From a virus (lineage: Duplodnaviria > Caudoviricetes): 29,387 nt of DNA. Position numbers and translations under genes: made by a program. The DNA is taken from IMG/VR virus record IMGVR_UViG_3300037518_000024, positions 1 to 29,387 of that record; one strand, written 5' to 3'. Of this stretch, positions 8,528 through 17,749 are shown one piece after another. The stretch's first letter is position 1. Each line of letters begins with the position of its first letter. The notes under the pieces were generated by a model. The model saw nothing but the letters and a program-made list of their open reading frames with translations, searched no databases and was not told the origin of the DNA.

Positions 8528-10378
8528 TTAGCGACCCTCCAGCGCGGCTCTTCCCTCAGACCCAGGTGCGCCCACCAGTTCCAGAGCATAGGCCCTTTCG
8601 ATCCTGCCCCGGAAAGCGGTTATGATCCTGGCGTCAGTCCAGCTTGGGTCATTAGGCACCGCGCCGATAGAGCGCATGTAATTGGCTGCACCCTTGATCC
8701 AGTCTTCCGGTACATCTGCGATAGGCACGAACACCTTAGACCAGTTTTCCTTCTTGATTACAGCAGCTGGCATTTCCGAATCGAACATCAAGCCTTTCTC
8801 TTTCACTTTCTTGTCTACGACTTTGTGCATGAGTTCTTCTTTTTCTGAGCGGGTCAACTTGCCACCTTTCAGTTCCTGGGCTTGGTCAATTACAGCTTCT
8901 ACCTCATTGCGCAGACGGCCAAGAGTTTCTTTATCCGGATTCTTCGCATACGGGTCAAAGCCTGCATCGTCAGCTACCTCATTGAACAACTCGGTGTCAA
9001 TCTCGGCTGCCAACACCTTGGCCGGGCTGCTCAATTCCGCCCTGGCTTGTATAAGGTTCGTAGTGAGTTTATGCCCAAGCTCTGGTTCCAGCGCCCATAT
9101 CTGGTTCTCTGTCATGGTGGACAGAACCCTTGGGTTAGACAGCTCCCAGTACCTGCGGAAACCGTGCTTGGATTTGAGCCCTTCGATGTACTCCAGCTCA
9201 CCGCGCATGCGTGACTGCTCGGTGTACCCCATGTCATTCATATACTTGCGCAGCTGCTCGCGCTGAGTACCGTCCAGATCCCACCATTCCTGCGTACCCT
9301 GCAGGTCTTTTAGCGTAGCGCCACGGCGCCATGCGTCCAGAAGACTGGCGGAATTGGCCGCAGTGAACTCACGCTGGCCGTCGTCGTGATCCCTGGCGCG
9401 AGAACGAAGATCCTGTAGAGCAGCGTTCATCACCTTGGGGTCGGATGAATAGCGCTCGCGTATCATCTTCGACATTACATCCATGCGTACAGGGTCATTT
9501 GGCCCCTGCGGGCCAGCAGCCTCCCATGCCAGGTCTGCGCCACGTATGGCCTCACCTTCTGTAGTCGAAGAGTCGATCTTGGAGCCCAAGGTAATGATGG
9601 CTTCCGGGGTAAGGCGTTCCTTGATCGCTTCATAGTAGGCGGCAGCTGCAGAGTCACGGCCAGTCAGGATCATCTGATCAACTATGTCGGCATGGATCTG
9701 CGTTTCAGCGATGATCTTCAAGGTGTCGATCACCTGGCGGTCGCCCTGACGTTCAGGATCCAAACCATCTAGGCGTGCCTTGCGCTCTACTTCCATGTTG
9801 GTGCGCAGGATGGACAGCTCGATCTGCCCTGGCTGATCCCAGTTCAGGGCTGCCATGCGGCGCTCAGTAGCGCGTACACCCTCGGATACCACGCCCTGGT
9901 AGGCGCGGGACTGCTCAGCGACGTGGCGGTACACACGGGCATCGAACTGGCGATCAGCGATGTTCATGCGCTGGTCGTACATCAGTTTCTGGTCGTCGTT
10001 GGCCAGACCTTCGCGCATAGCCCTCTTTATCTCTTCACGCTTCTGTCTGTACTCATCGGCCAGCTTGCGCTTTACGGCATCGCCGGTGAGAACCTGGGTG
10101 AAGCCTTCCTGACTGTCACTGCCATATTCCAGTTCAAGATACTTATCCAGCGTCTTAGACGTATCGTCTTCGGCTCTGGCAGCGTCCAGCTCCTGCTTTT
10201 CTTTCAGAGCCAGGCGAGCCAAGCTATCGCCTACCCCTTTCAGGGATTGGCCGAACTGCACCAGGGCCTGGGCCTCTTGGCCCATCTGTGGAGTTTTCAG
10301 GTTGAGCTGGGCTACGCCGCCCTTGACGGAGCCCGTAGGGCGTTGGCCCATGTCATCTGCGGTAGGTAAACGAGGCAT
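8528..10378 (-). CDS. Internal virion/ejection protein (gp15-like position)
   Basis: 616-aa helical protein with N-terminus MPRLPT...ALVQFGQSLKGVG. Lies between the gp14-like and gp16-like genes. TGATG overlap with the upstream gene. Confidence 0.7.
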   Translation of the reverse strand: MPRLPTADDMGQRPTGSVKGGVAQLNLKTPQMGQEAQALVQFGQSLKGVGDSLARLALKEKQELDAARAEDDTSKTLDKYLELEYGSDSQEGFTQVLTGDAVKRKLADEYRQKREEIKRAMREGLANDDQKLMYDQRMNIADRQFDARVYRHVAEQSRAYQGVVSEGVRATERRMAALNWDQPGQIELSILRTNMEVERKARLDGLDPERQGDRQVIDTLKIIAETQIHADIVDQMILTGRDSAAAAYYEAIKERLTPEAIITLGSKIDSSTTEGEAIRGADLAWEAAGPQGPNDPVRMDVMSKMIRERYSSDPKVMNAALQDLRSRARDHDDGQREFTAANSASLLDAWRRGATLKDLQGTQEWWDLDGTQREQLRKYMNDMGYTEQSRMRGELEYIEGLKSKHGFRRYWELSNPRVLSTMTENQIWALEPELGHKLTTNLIQARAELSSPAKVLAAEIDTELFNEVADDAGFDPYAKNPDKETLGRLRNEVEAVIDQAQELKGGKLTRSEKEELMHKVVDKKVKEKGLMFDSEMPAAVIKKENWSKVFVPIADVPEDWIKGAANYMRSIGAVPNDPSWTDARIITAFRGRIERAYALELVGAPGSEGRAALEGR

Positions 10379-10938
10379 CAGCTACCACCTCCGAACAATC
10401 CGCCGTAGTTGTCGAGGAACGAAGAGCCGCCGCTTAGGAGGGTGGAGAACATATTCATGTTGCTGGCCTTGGATACGCTCTTGCCGGTGGCCAGGGCGGC
10501 AGATGCGCCACTCTTGCCGCTCAGGCGGCGGGCTGTAGCGGATATGCCCAAGCTGCGAGCCTGCTCCTCACCCTCGTACAGAGCCAGGGCTGAGCGGTAC
10601 GCACCCTCGGCGTAGATGTTGCCGATGATATCCACGACGGTAGGGTCAGAAGATCCGGCGCCACTGCCAGCAGCAACGGCCAAGGCTCGGCTCGCCAATA
10701 GGGCGGCGCCTTTACGCTGCTCGAATGCTTCACGTTGGGATACGGATTTGACTTGGCCAGCCAGATAGTCTGCCTGCCGCGCCTCGAACTCGGCAGCAAC
10801 CATTTCGTTTTGGGCGGTTTGCTCAGCCTGCTTTACAGCTGCCTTGCCAGAGTCACGCTGGCCTTTGGCGCTGAGTAGGCTACCACCTATGGATAGCGCC
10901 CCACTTATGTAAGGGGCGGCTGCTGCGAAACCGGCCAT
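10378..10938 (-). CDS. Internal virion protein (gp14-like position)
   Basis: 186 aa, Ala/Gly/Ser-rich with a hydrophobic N-terminus and an AAGSGAG motif. Size and synteny fit this class. Confidence 0.7.
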   Translation of the reverse strand: MAGFAAAAPYISGALSIGGSLLSAKGQRDSGKAAVKQAEQTAQNEMVAAEFEARQADYLAGQVKSVSQREAFEQRKGAALLASRALAVAAGSGAGSSDPTVVDIIGNIYAEGAYRSALALYEGEEQARSLGISATARRLSGKSGASAALATGKSVSKASNMNMFSTLLSGGSSFLDNYGGLFGGGS

Positions 10939-11279
10939 CGCGTATAAAACCCCTCATCGTCTGGTTCGAAACCGAGCCTGCTCAAGAAATGCTCAGCGTT
11001 CGGTTTAGTTTCATCTGGATCTGCAATCAAAGTCCAGCTGTTGTCATCTGCTAAACGCATCATGTGACGGGCCAGCTTCACTACAGTGCGCTTGTCCTCG
11101 TAGACTTCTGGTTCACCTTCGGAGAATACCACCATCACACCCTTGGACTTGCGCAAAAACCCGGCTACGCCTACCACCTCATCGCTATCGTTTACAACAA
11201 CATACCCGCGCAAAGTGAGGTCTAACGCGCTGCCATAGTACTCTTTAATCAGCTTCTCAGTTGCAGGCTTGATTATCAC
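10905..11279 (-). CDS. GNAT-fold protein (T7 gp13-like position)
   Basis: VVGVAGF and NAEHFLSRLGFE resemble GNAT motifs. GTG start overlaps the tail tubular B stop (GTGA). Confidence 0.65.
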   Translation of the reverse strand: MIIKPATEKLIKEYYGSALDLTLRGYVVVNDSDEVVGVAGFLRKSKGVMVVFSEGEPEVYEDKRTVVKLARHMMRLADDNSWTLIADPDETKPNAEHFLSRLGFEPDDEGFYTRWPVSQQPPLT

Positions 11280-13945
11280 ATCTTCTCTTCCGTCTCAAAG
11301 GCCAGCACAGCTGCGAGAACAGTAACAGGACGCGGTGCCGTAGCCTGTATGCAGAGCCTCGAATCGCTGCCCCACTCACCAGGGAACTCTATCAGCTCCT
11401 CATCGTAAGCTGTTCTGGTATCACTACCAACTTCTTCCGCGTTCTCATACAGCGGCATGTCATCCATGGTGTCGAAATCGGGGCCAAAGGTAAGACTTTG
11501 GTCGTAGGCGTCAGCCAAGACAAAGCCCACTTGGGTGATACGCTTGGGGTGGGTCAATTGTATAGCTTCGCCCTCTTTAGAGATATGGGCCAGCTTGGTG
11601 CTCTTCCACTGGGCGGTATATGCCAGCCCTACGACTGCCGTGGTGACTGCTTCCGATATGGTAGTGATCTGCCCGCCGACTACGGTCTTGGTGCCGAGGT
11701 CTTTACCGTTGCCCCACACAACCACGGTCTTGCCTTCCAGATGCGAAAGCCCTGTGAGGGTTGTAACACCTGGGCCTTCATACACCAGATAGGAATCGCT
11801 GGTCTTGGTGATCGTAGCGCCCCTGGCTTCTGACTCCAGCGCCCAGCGCTCCAGATACCGCTTGGTAACGCCGTCTATGGTGCGGTTCACCGTGTAGTAG
11901 ACGTTATCTTCAACGTCGCCTGGGAGTACTGCGGCGTCCTCAACTATGCCGTCTGTTTCCACCAGCACCCAGCAAAGCACGTTCTCCACGTGGTTATGCA
12001 CCAGCACGGCTACGCTGCCGTCTTCCCGTACACAATGCACGCGCGTATCCGGCAGGCGCTGGACAGCCACATGAACTATGCCCGGCTCGCCAATATCAGG
12101 CACCACCAGGGTATCCTCTACGCTGGTGTAGTCGCCTACTTCGGCGCTGAAAGCCAGCTCAAACAGCCTGGTGCCGCCGCGCTGCACGAACACGCCACGG
12201 CTGTCTATCTTGACGGCGATGGCGCTGCTGGAACCTTGGGTCGAGGCTTCCTTGATATTGAAGTTGGATGGGGTGAGCACTTCATCGAACGACGTGGCCC
12301 GGACAGAATGCTCTGCACCCTCTGCGCCGATGATCAGGCGCTGTAGCGGCAGCAGCCAGTTGATATCATCGACTGGGCCTGAGCCTACGGTACGGTTGAT
12401 CGGCCCCGAGTCGCCAAGGGTATCCGGGTTGAAATTGTAGAAGTCGTCCGACACCGAGCCGTAGATGCCGTTCCTACCAGCCCACCATAGCCGGCCCTCA
12501 TAGAAGGCGACGGCAGTGGGGAATCCACTCACAGAAGACCACGAACCCTCAGACCAGAACTTACTGCCGGTGGTCGATCCGAAGTCTTCCAGCACCTCAG
12601 CCGACACCGACGCAGAGTTGGTGAACCCGGTGATCCTGGCCACGCCAGTGATACTGCCAAGTGGGTAATCCAGATCCATGGTTATGGTGCCAGACGAATA
12701 GTCGCCGGTCTTAATACCGATCCGATAGAAGACTGTCTGGTTGTCCAGGGAATCGGCGTATGTGGTGGCCTGGTTCGAAGTATAGGTGGTCACGTCCACC
12801 CAGTTGCCAGTGACACCTACCGAGCGCTGCAGGGTCACGGTGGCGCTGCCAGTGCCGGTTATAGTGATAGCGAAACGCCGCTCTTCCCCTACGCCAGTCA
12901 CTTGGATCGTGTTCGTGAAGGTGTTCTGCGCAGATATCGAAGCCGTTACCCGCTGGCCCACCGACCGGACGCGGAATAGGCAGCCGACATGGCCAGACTG
13001 GAATATGCCCTGGGAAGCAGTCAGGGTGACGTTACCGTTCAGGGCACTGGTGGCAATCGTCGTGCTGTCTGTGTTCTCGTTTTTGTAGGGCCCGTTGTCA
13101 GACAGATACCAAACCACCGACCACGAGCGTAGGCCCCGGCGCTCTATCTTGCGCTGCAGGAATCCTTTACAGGCTACAAACAGAATGTCACCGCTCTGGT
13201 CGGTGCGGATGAACTGCAAGTCGTCTTCGCCCCAGGGTGCGGCTATCTCCATATCGCCTGCAGCTTCCACTTCTACCGAGTCGATCAGCACGGCTCGCTG
13301 CAGGGTGCTTTCGAACTGGATGGTAAAGTTGCCGGCAGGGGTGAAGGCGAGAGAATGTATACCTGTGTCCAAGGTGGTCAGGGAAACGTACTCATCGCCG
13401 CCGACAGTAGAACCGACGCTGAACCCTACAGGCCCTCGGTTAACCACGACATGAAGAGCGTGCTCTATGTCTTCATTCGCAGCAGATACCGTAACAGTCT
13501 GATAACGGACTGCAGCTGCAGCGTCACCGTCTCCGATCAACTGCATGTACCCATCAGCATGGTGCGTGCTGGCTGCACCAGAATCGTCGTCGTCAGTCCA
13601 ATTATTCAGGTTGGAAGTGAAGGCGCCGTTTACTACTGCTGTGGTCACTGAGGGGCGAACAATAACTTCATCGTCTACCCATACCCTGACCAGCGCGTCG
13701 GTGACTTCCACCAGGGCGGTGTCGTCGGTCGAAAAGATGAAAGGTAGGAAGCGGGCCTTGAAGTCGTCTGCCGTGGATCCTAGGTGGGCCAGGCCGGGGC
13801 GCATCATCATGGAACCGAGCACCCTCGGCATCCAATTGGTCATCGTCTCTGCCGAGAACGACAGGCGCTTCATGTCGACGCGAGCTAGGGCCAGGCGCGA
13901 TACCAGGCCCCGGTTGAAACCAAAATAAGCTGTCGATTTCTTCAT
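11276..13945 (-). CDS. Tail tubular protein B (nozzle, gp12-like)
   Basis: 889 aa. N-terminal FNRGLVS...NW.P...G...RPG. Also WS...GFPTAVAFYEGRLWWAG, GSVSDDFYNF and GLSHLEGKTV motifs. Follows tubular A. Confidence 0.85.
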   Translation of the reverse strand: MKKSTAYFGFNRGLVSRLALARVDMKRLSFSAETMTNWMPRVLGSMMMRPGLAHLGSTADDFKARFLPFIFSTDDTALVEVTDALVRVWVDDEVIVRPSVTTAVVNGAFTSNLNNWTDDDDSGAASTHHADGYMQLIGDGDAAAAVRYQTVTVSAANEDIEHALHVVVNRGPVGFSVGSTVGGDEYVSLTTLDTGIHSLAFTPAGNFTIQFESTLQRAVLIDSVEVEAAGDMEIAAPWGEDDLQFIRTDQSGDILFVACKGFLQRKIERRGLRSWSVVWYLSDNGPYKNENTDSTTIATSALNGNVTLTASQGIFQSGHVGCLFRVRSVGQRVTASISAQNTFTNTIQVTGVGEERRFAITITGTGSATVTLQRSVGVTGNWVDVTTYTSNQATTYADSLDNQTVFYRIGIKTGDYSSGTITMDLDYPLGSITGVARITGFTNSASVSAEVLEDFGSTTGSKFWSEGSWSSVSGFPTAVAFYEGRLWWAGRNGIYGSVSDDFYNFNPDTLGDSGPINRTVGSGPVDDINWLLPLQRLIIGAEGAEHSVRATSFDEVLTPSNFNIKEASTQGSSSAIAVKIDSRGVFVQRGGTRLFELAFSAEVGDYTSVEDTLVVPDIGEPGIVHVAVQRLPDTRVHCVREDGSVAVLVHNHVENVLCWVLVETDGIVEDAAVLPGDVEDNVYYTVNRTIDGVTKRYLERWALESEARGATITKTSDSYLVYEGPGVTTLTGLSHLEGKTVVVWGNGKDLGTKTVVGGQITTISEAVTTAVVGLAYTAQWKSTKLAHISKEGEAIQLTHPKRITQVGFVLADAYDQSLTFGPDFDTMDDMPLYENAEEVGSDTRTAYDEELIEFPGEWGSDSRLCIQATAPRPVTVLAAVLAFETEEKM

Positions 13946-13950
13946 GGCTG

Positions 13951-14592
13951 TCAGCCTATCAGGCTATTTCGGTTGCCCCGGTCACGGCGCCCGCCGCCCC
14001 TGCGTGACTGGATCCACCCACCCTGTGGCATGAAGGCTGTGGGGTCAGCCATCGCGTCTTTGCTGCGGGCGTCGATCAACCGACGGCCCATCAGGCCGAA
14101 GATGTAGTTCTGCTTTTCCACGCTCTGCGTCAAGGTGAAAACCGCCTCGGACGCCAGGTAAGCAGCCACGTACTTGGTGAAGGTCTTGGGCCAGCGGGTT
14201 AGGTCGTTGCCGTAGGTGGCAGCGTTGGAGATATAGCGGACGTAGATGGGGTCAATGTCGGCCACCCAAAAGCCCACTTCCTCGACCATGCGCAGCAGCG
14301 GCACGGTGAAGAACTCGTCTTCACACACGCCGGCTGTTCGGATGTGGTCGTTGGGCTTGTCGAAGGCGTTGTTGTAGCCGAAGGCAGGTAGGGTTGTCGT
14401 AGACTTTTCGATTTCGACGGCGCGCATAGCGAAGTTCCACTGCCCTTGTTCTAGGCAATAATCAACAGCGCCGTCGCTCCAGATATCGTCGAGAACCCTG
14501 CGGGGCTCCCGGTTCTCAGTTAGGCTGGCTAGGCGGCGTTCACCTATCAACCGAAGGGCTTCATTGTAAAGTCCGAGTTGAGTCGCCGCCAT
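13951..14592 (-). CDS. Tail tubular protein A (adaptor, gp11-like)
   Basis: N.AL.LIGE, WNFA and F...VAAYLA motifs. 213 aa and expected synteny. Confidence 0.85.
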   Translation of the reverse strand: MAATQLGLYNEALRLIGERRLASLTENREPRRVLDDIWSDGAVDYCLEQGQWNFAMRAVEIEKSTTTLPAFGYNNAFDKPNDHIRTAGVCEDEFFTVPLLRMVEEVGFWVADIDPIYVRYISNAATYGNDLTRWPKTFTKYVAAYLASEAVFTLTQSVEKQNYIFGLMGRRLIDARSKDAMADPTAFMPQGGWIQSRRGGGRRDRGNRNSLIG

Positions 14593-14604
14593 GATACACC
14601 GCCT

Positions 14605-15033
14605 TTAGAGAGTCATTACATAGGAATTCAACCAGTTGTGCGCTTCCACCTTGGTCTGCAGGTTCTCCTTGATCGGCTCTTTATCTTCCTTGCGGATGAT
14701 GCAGAACTTCAAGTGTGGCCCACGGTACTGAACGATGAACCGCTCGAAGGCTTCGCCTTCCAACTGATCTTCGGCCTTGCTGGACAGATCCACTTGGAGA
14801 AGAGGAACCAGCTTAGCCCAAACACGCCCACATGCTACCACAAGCAGCTCTGCGTACCACTCGCCGGTGTCCACGCTTACGTGAACGCGGTCGTAGATGG
14901 TCAGCTTTGGGGCGACGTTGGCGAGATATTCAGGCTTGAGTACTTCTTCCAGTGGGGTGCCAGCAGGGACGGTGAGCGACCAGCTCATGTTCTTGTGGGG
15001 AAACTCGCTGAAACGAATCGTGTCGACGGACAT
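14605..15033 (-). CDS. Hypothetical phage protein (142 aa)
   Basis: Start moved to the ATG at 15033 (MSVDTIRF), which has a GGAG RBS. The longer track ORF would run through the terminator. Confidence 0.7.
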   Translation of the reverse strand: MSVDTIRFSEFPHKNMSWSLTVPAGTPLEEVLKPEYLANVAPKLTIYDRVHVSVDTGEWYAELLVVACGRVWAKLVPLLQVDLSSKAEDQLEGEAFERFIVQYRGPHLKFCIIRKEDKEPIKENLQTKVEAHNWLNSYVMTL

Positions 15034-15049
15034 TGTTTTTCTCCGAGGT

Positions 15050-15074
15050 AAAAAAAGGGGGCGCGAACGCCCCC
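15050..15074 (-). terminator. Rho-independent terminator after the capsid and decoration genes
   Basis: Minus strand reads GGGGGCG-TTCG-CGCCCCC-TTTTTTT. Position is analogous to T7 Tphi. Confidence 0.9.
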
Positions 15075-15089
15075 ACCAGCCAATGTTGC

Positions 15090-15431
15090 TTAGGTAACGA
15101 TGCCAGCGTTGAGGCTCACACCAGTAGAACTGACGTGAGAAACAACACCCATCCAACCGACACCGCTGGAACCTACGGTGGTGGTGTGCGAGACACCAAG
15201 CACCAGATCGCCAGGGCGCATACCGAGCACTTTACCGTCGGTAAAGAAGCCGGTAGCTACCACCTCGGCAGTGGTGTTGGTCGAAACATACGACCACAAG
15301 CTGCCAGCGTGTGCTCCAGGGTGCCCGATATCGTCGAAACCAGACGAACTCGGGAAACCGCCAAGGCCCTGTACAAGAGCGCGGGGCGGGTTGGCGACAG
15401 AGGATGCCGCCGTGGTGCCGTTATAAGCCAT
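15090..15431 (-). CDS. Putative capsid decoration/cement protein, Ser/Thr-rich
   Basis: 113 aa directly after the major capsid gene and before the terminator. Duplicated TAAGGA Shine-Dalgarno. GFFTDG..LGMRPGDLV motif. Confidence 0.65.
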   Translation of the reverse strand: MAYNGTTAASSVANPPRALVQGLGGFPSSSGFDDIGHPGAHAGSLWSYVSTNTTAEVVATGFFTDGKVLGMRPGDLVLGVSHTTTVGSSGVGWMGVVSHVSSTGVSLNAGIVT

Positions 15432-15443
15432 GATCCTTACTCC

Positions 15444-16295
15444 TTACTGGGCGACGAAGGCACTGCCGTCGTGATTGATGACAACGATACCGCTGTTTTG
15501 CAGCAGTTTCGACCCCATGAAGATCGAGGCACGCGCCCACGAGTAGGCTTGTTCCTCGTCATACCCAACCGGAGTTTCCATGCTCCCGGTGGCAGCGGCG
15601 TGGCCGATGGCGTTCTTGTGGTACAAGAAGCACTTCTCGGCGTTGGTGCCTTTGCCTGGCAGGTTGGGATGCTCGATGATGGAGCAGTTACGCCACTTGT
15701 AGCTCATGGGCTTGTCTTTCCAGCTCGACTCTTGGCCGGCGTATGGACGCAGGTCAACGTACTGGGCGTTGGCAAACTCAGGGGCTTGCTCCAGATAGGC
15801 CAGGAAAGCCGGGGTGCACAGCAACGTAATATTGGAATCCCAAGGTACGTCATTGTTACCCAAGATCACGCGGGCGTGCTGGAACATGGATACCGAACCA
15901 GTTGCAGCAGTTCCGGTATCGTTCGTAGCGGTGTTCAACTCGGTGATAATCTCGTCATCGATCTTGCGATTGATAACGGCCATGGTGGTCATCTGCATAA
16001 TCTCACGCTGGCTGCCCTGGGACGCAAAGACGTTGAAGCTGGTCTTGCGAACAAGGTCGTGCCATTCCTGCAACACGCAGCTATTCTGAGTGTTGTTATC
16101 AGCACGCGCGGGAATCATACCGTTTACACCACGAGTCATTGCCGCAGCGCCGCCAGAATCGGAGACTAGGAAGACCGCTGTGTTACCCTTGATAACCGCC
16201 TCGGTGGTCACGGTATCGCGCAGCAAAGACTGATGCTGTTCGAAACCAGCGATAAACTCTTGGCGGTATTGGGTTTGAAATGCCGTGTCAGACAT
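15444..16295 (-). CDS. Major capsid protein (HK97 fold, BPP-1-like podovirus type)
   Basis: 283 aa. N-terminus FQTQYRQEFIAGFEQHQSLLRDTV, AVINRKIDDEII, and C-terminal MGSKLLQNSGIV. Follows the scaffold. GGAG RBS. Confidence 0.85.
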   Translation of the reverse strand: MSDTAFQTQYRQEFIAGFEQHQSLLRDTVTTEAVIKGNTAVFLVSDSGGAAAMTRGVNGMIPARADNNTQNSCVLQEWHDLVRKTSFNVFASQGSQREIMQMTTMAVINRKIDDEIITELNTATNDTGTAATGSVSMFQHARVILGNNDVPWDSNITLLCTPAFLAYLEQAPEFANAQYVDLRPYAGQESSWKDKPMSYKWRNCSIIEHPNLPGKGTNAEKCFLYHKNAIGHAAATGSMETPVGYDEEQAYSWARASIFMGSKLLQNSGIVVINHDGSAFVAQ

Positions 16296-16330
16296 GACAG
16301 TTACTCCAATAAACAGGTTTTTAGTCCGTT

Positions 16331-16451
16331 CACCAGGGTTGTCCGCTATGTCAAACTATCGGGTTATCCGTTGCCGGGGCCAGTTCAACTACGCAGGGCC
16401 GTGCTACTTGGTGTTTGGTTTTCAGCGGCGCCAATAACGGGTTGACCACTG
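16331..16451 (-). promoter_or_regulatory. Structured 5' leader of the capsid mRNA with three repeated 2x4 internal loops
   Basis: Two hairpins can be paired by eye (16423-16451 and 16331-16413). They carry GG-TCAA-CC, GG-ATAA-CC and GG-ACAA-CC, each opposite GG-C(C/G)-C(C/T). Confidence 0.6.
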
Positions 16452-16461
16452 AATTGTTTTA

Positions 16462-16470
16462 AGACTAGCA
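16462..16470 (-). promoter_or_regulatory. Possible extended -10 promoter for the capsid gene
   Basis: Minus strand TGcTAGTCT (TGn-TAnnnT) about 10 nt before the first leader hairpin. No good -35 element. Confidence 0.3.
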
Positions 16471-16472
16471 TG

Positions 16473-16524
16473 AAAAAGTGGGAAGGGGGAATAGCCCATA
16501 CTTTTGAGTACCCCCGCCCCCCAC
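16473..16524 (-). terminator. Possible terminator after the scaffold gene
   Basis: GTGGGGGGCGGGGG...CCCCCTTCCCAC forms an imperfect stem followed by TTTTT. The loop is large. Confidence 0.4.
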
Positions 16525-16529
16525 ACCTA

Positions 16530-17480
16530 TTACGCCTTCGCACGCTCCCTCGCCGAATAAAGCTCACGCAGACGATTCTGCATCTTCGAATCGGCATTGT
16601 ATGCCTTCCGATTTTCCCGCATGGTTTTCTCGATCTGAGTAATCTCATCGTCGATTGCGCCGGCTACGTTCGCGCCAGCCCCAGGCACCACGGTAGCTAC
16701 CGGGTTGATAGTGCGGGCGTTCATAGCCAACCAGCGCGCCATGTCTGGATGGTTCAACAGTGCGTTACCGTCACCCAGGCGGGCATTGACGAACAGGTCT
16801 TTCACGTCAGCCGGCATAGTGTCGACCAGGCCGCGAATCATATTGACGTTAGCCCGATAGTCGCTGCCCCACTCGGTGCGAAGAACATCCTCGGATTCGC
16901 GCAGGAACGTGGCGTCTTTCTCTTCCTGAGCCGAAATCATCCTTTCCTGCTCTTCATAATACCAATGGAGGATCTTGTTCACCTGCTGCGGCGAAGAGTT
17001 GGACTCATGCGCGGCTTTCAGGAACCCTTCGACAATCGGCTTGTCGTGCTCGCCGATCACCAGGCCGTCGTCGAACGCGGGCTCATACCCTTCCGGCGTC
17101 TCGGGAATGCCATGGGCCTTGCGCCATTCGGCTTGCTGCTCTGGCTTGCCGTCGGCAGGGTAATCGGAAACAGGTTTCAGCTCGCCGCTGTCCAGCTTCT
17201 GGCGTAAGGCCATGTAGCTTTCGAACATGCTCTTGGGTGAGTCGAACCGCTCCAGGGTCTTCTGGTGCTTGGCGTCAGGGGAAATCTTGGAACGCCAGTC
17301 GGGCGCCCAGTCGCCAGCGGGCTCATCCTTGGCAGCCGGCGTGGTGTCGGCAGCTGCAGCGACAGGTGGTGGAGTTACATCGGCTGGTGCATCAGTAGTG
17401 GTATCAACCGTATCGTCTGCACCACCCAGGTCAGCGCCGTCGTCGGCGTTTTCATCTTGGTAAATGGTGTACCATTTCAT
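16530..17480 (-). CDS. Capsid assembly scaffolding protein
   Basis: Acidic and Pro-rich N-terminus, GIPETPEGY, LRTEWGSDY, LGDG...NHP motifs and a C-terminal helix. Lies between portal and capsid. Confidence 0.8.
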   Translation of the reverse strand: MKWYTIYQDENADDGADLGGADDTVDTTTDAPADVTPPPVAAAADTTPAAKDEPAGDWAPDWRSKISPDAKHQKTLERFDSPKSMFESYMALRQKLDSGELKPVSDYPADGKPEQQAEWRKAHGIPETPEGYEPAFDDGLVIGEHDKPIVEGFLKAAHESNSSPQQVNKILHWYYEEQERMISAQEEKDATFLRESEDVLRTEWGSDYRANVNMIRGLVDTMPADVKDLFVNARLGDGNALLNHPDMARWLAMNARTINPVATVVPGAGANVAGAIDDEITQIEKTMRENRKAYNADSKMQNRLRELYSARERAKA

Positions 17481-17749
17481 TGGTCTTTCCTCTGCAGTTT
17501 CGAGATATCGAGTTTCAGTGCCTTGACGATTTCAAGACCGACAAAGCGCCGTCCCTCGGCAAACGAAGTGTCACGATCACTCGTTGGGCGGTACGAAAGA
17601 TCATAGGTAGCGCAGGCGTTCTCTATGATCCACTTGATGGCACGTTGTTGTTGATCGGCCGAGGCTGTGCCAGCTGCCAGGCCCTTTATGGCCATGATAT
17701 CAGCCAGCTCGTAGGCTGGCGGATACCACGGCGCGCTCTTCACATCCAT
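17477..17749 (-). CDS. Small post-portal protein (Bbp19-like)
   Basis: TSFAEGRRFVGLEI motif is typical of the small gene after the portal. TAATG overlap with the portal stop. Confidence 0.75.
   Translation of the reverse strand: MDVKSAPWYPPAYELADIMAIKGLAAGTASADQQQRAIKWIIENACATYDLSYRPTSDRDTSFAEGRRFVGLEIVKALKLDISKLQRKDQ

Noticed and set aside
8525-8530. In-frame TAA-ATG junctions (gp15/gp16-like here, and 19387/19386) as possible stop-codon recoding
   Set aside because: TAA terminates many genes throughout the window. Simple translational coupling is sufficient.
15431-15446. Capsid and decoration genes are in the same frame (TAA GGA GTA AGG ATC ATG), suggesting a read-through fusion
   Set aside because: The stop is TAA and the spacer is a strong doubled Shine-Dalgarno, so independent initiation explains it. 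No slippery site was seen.
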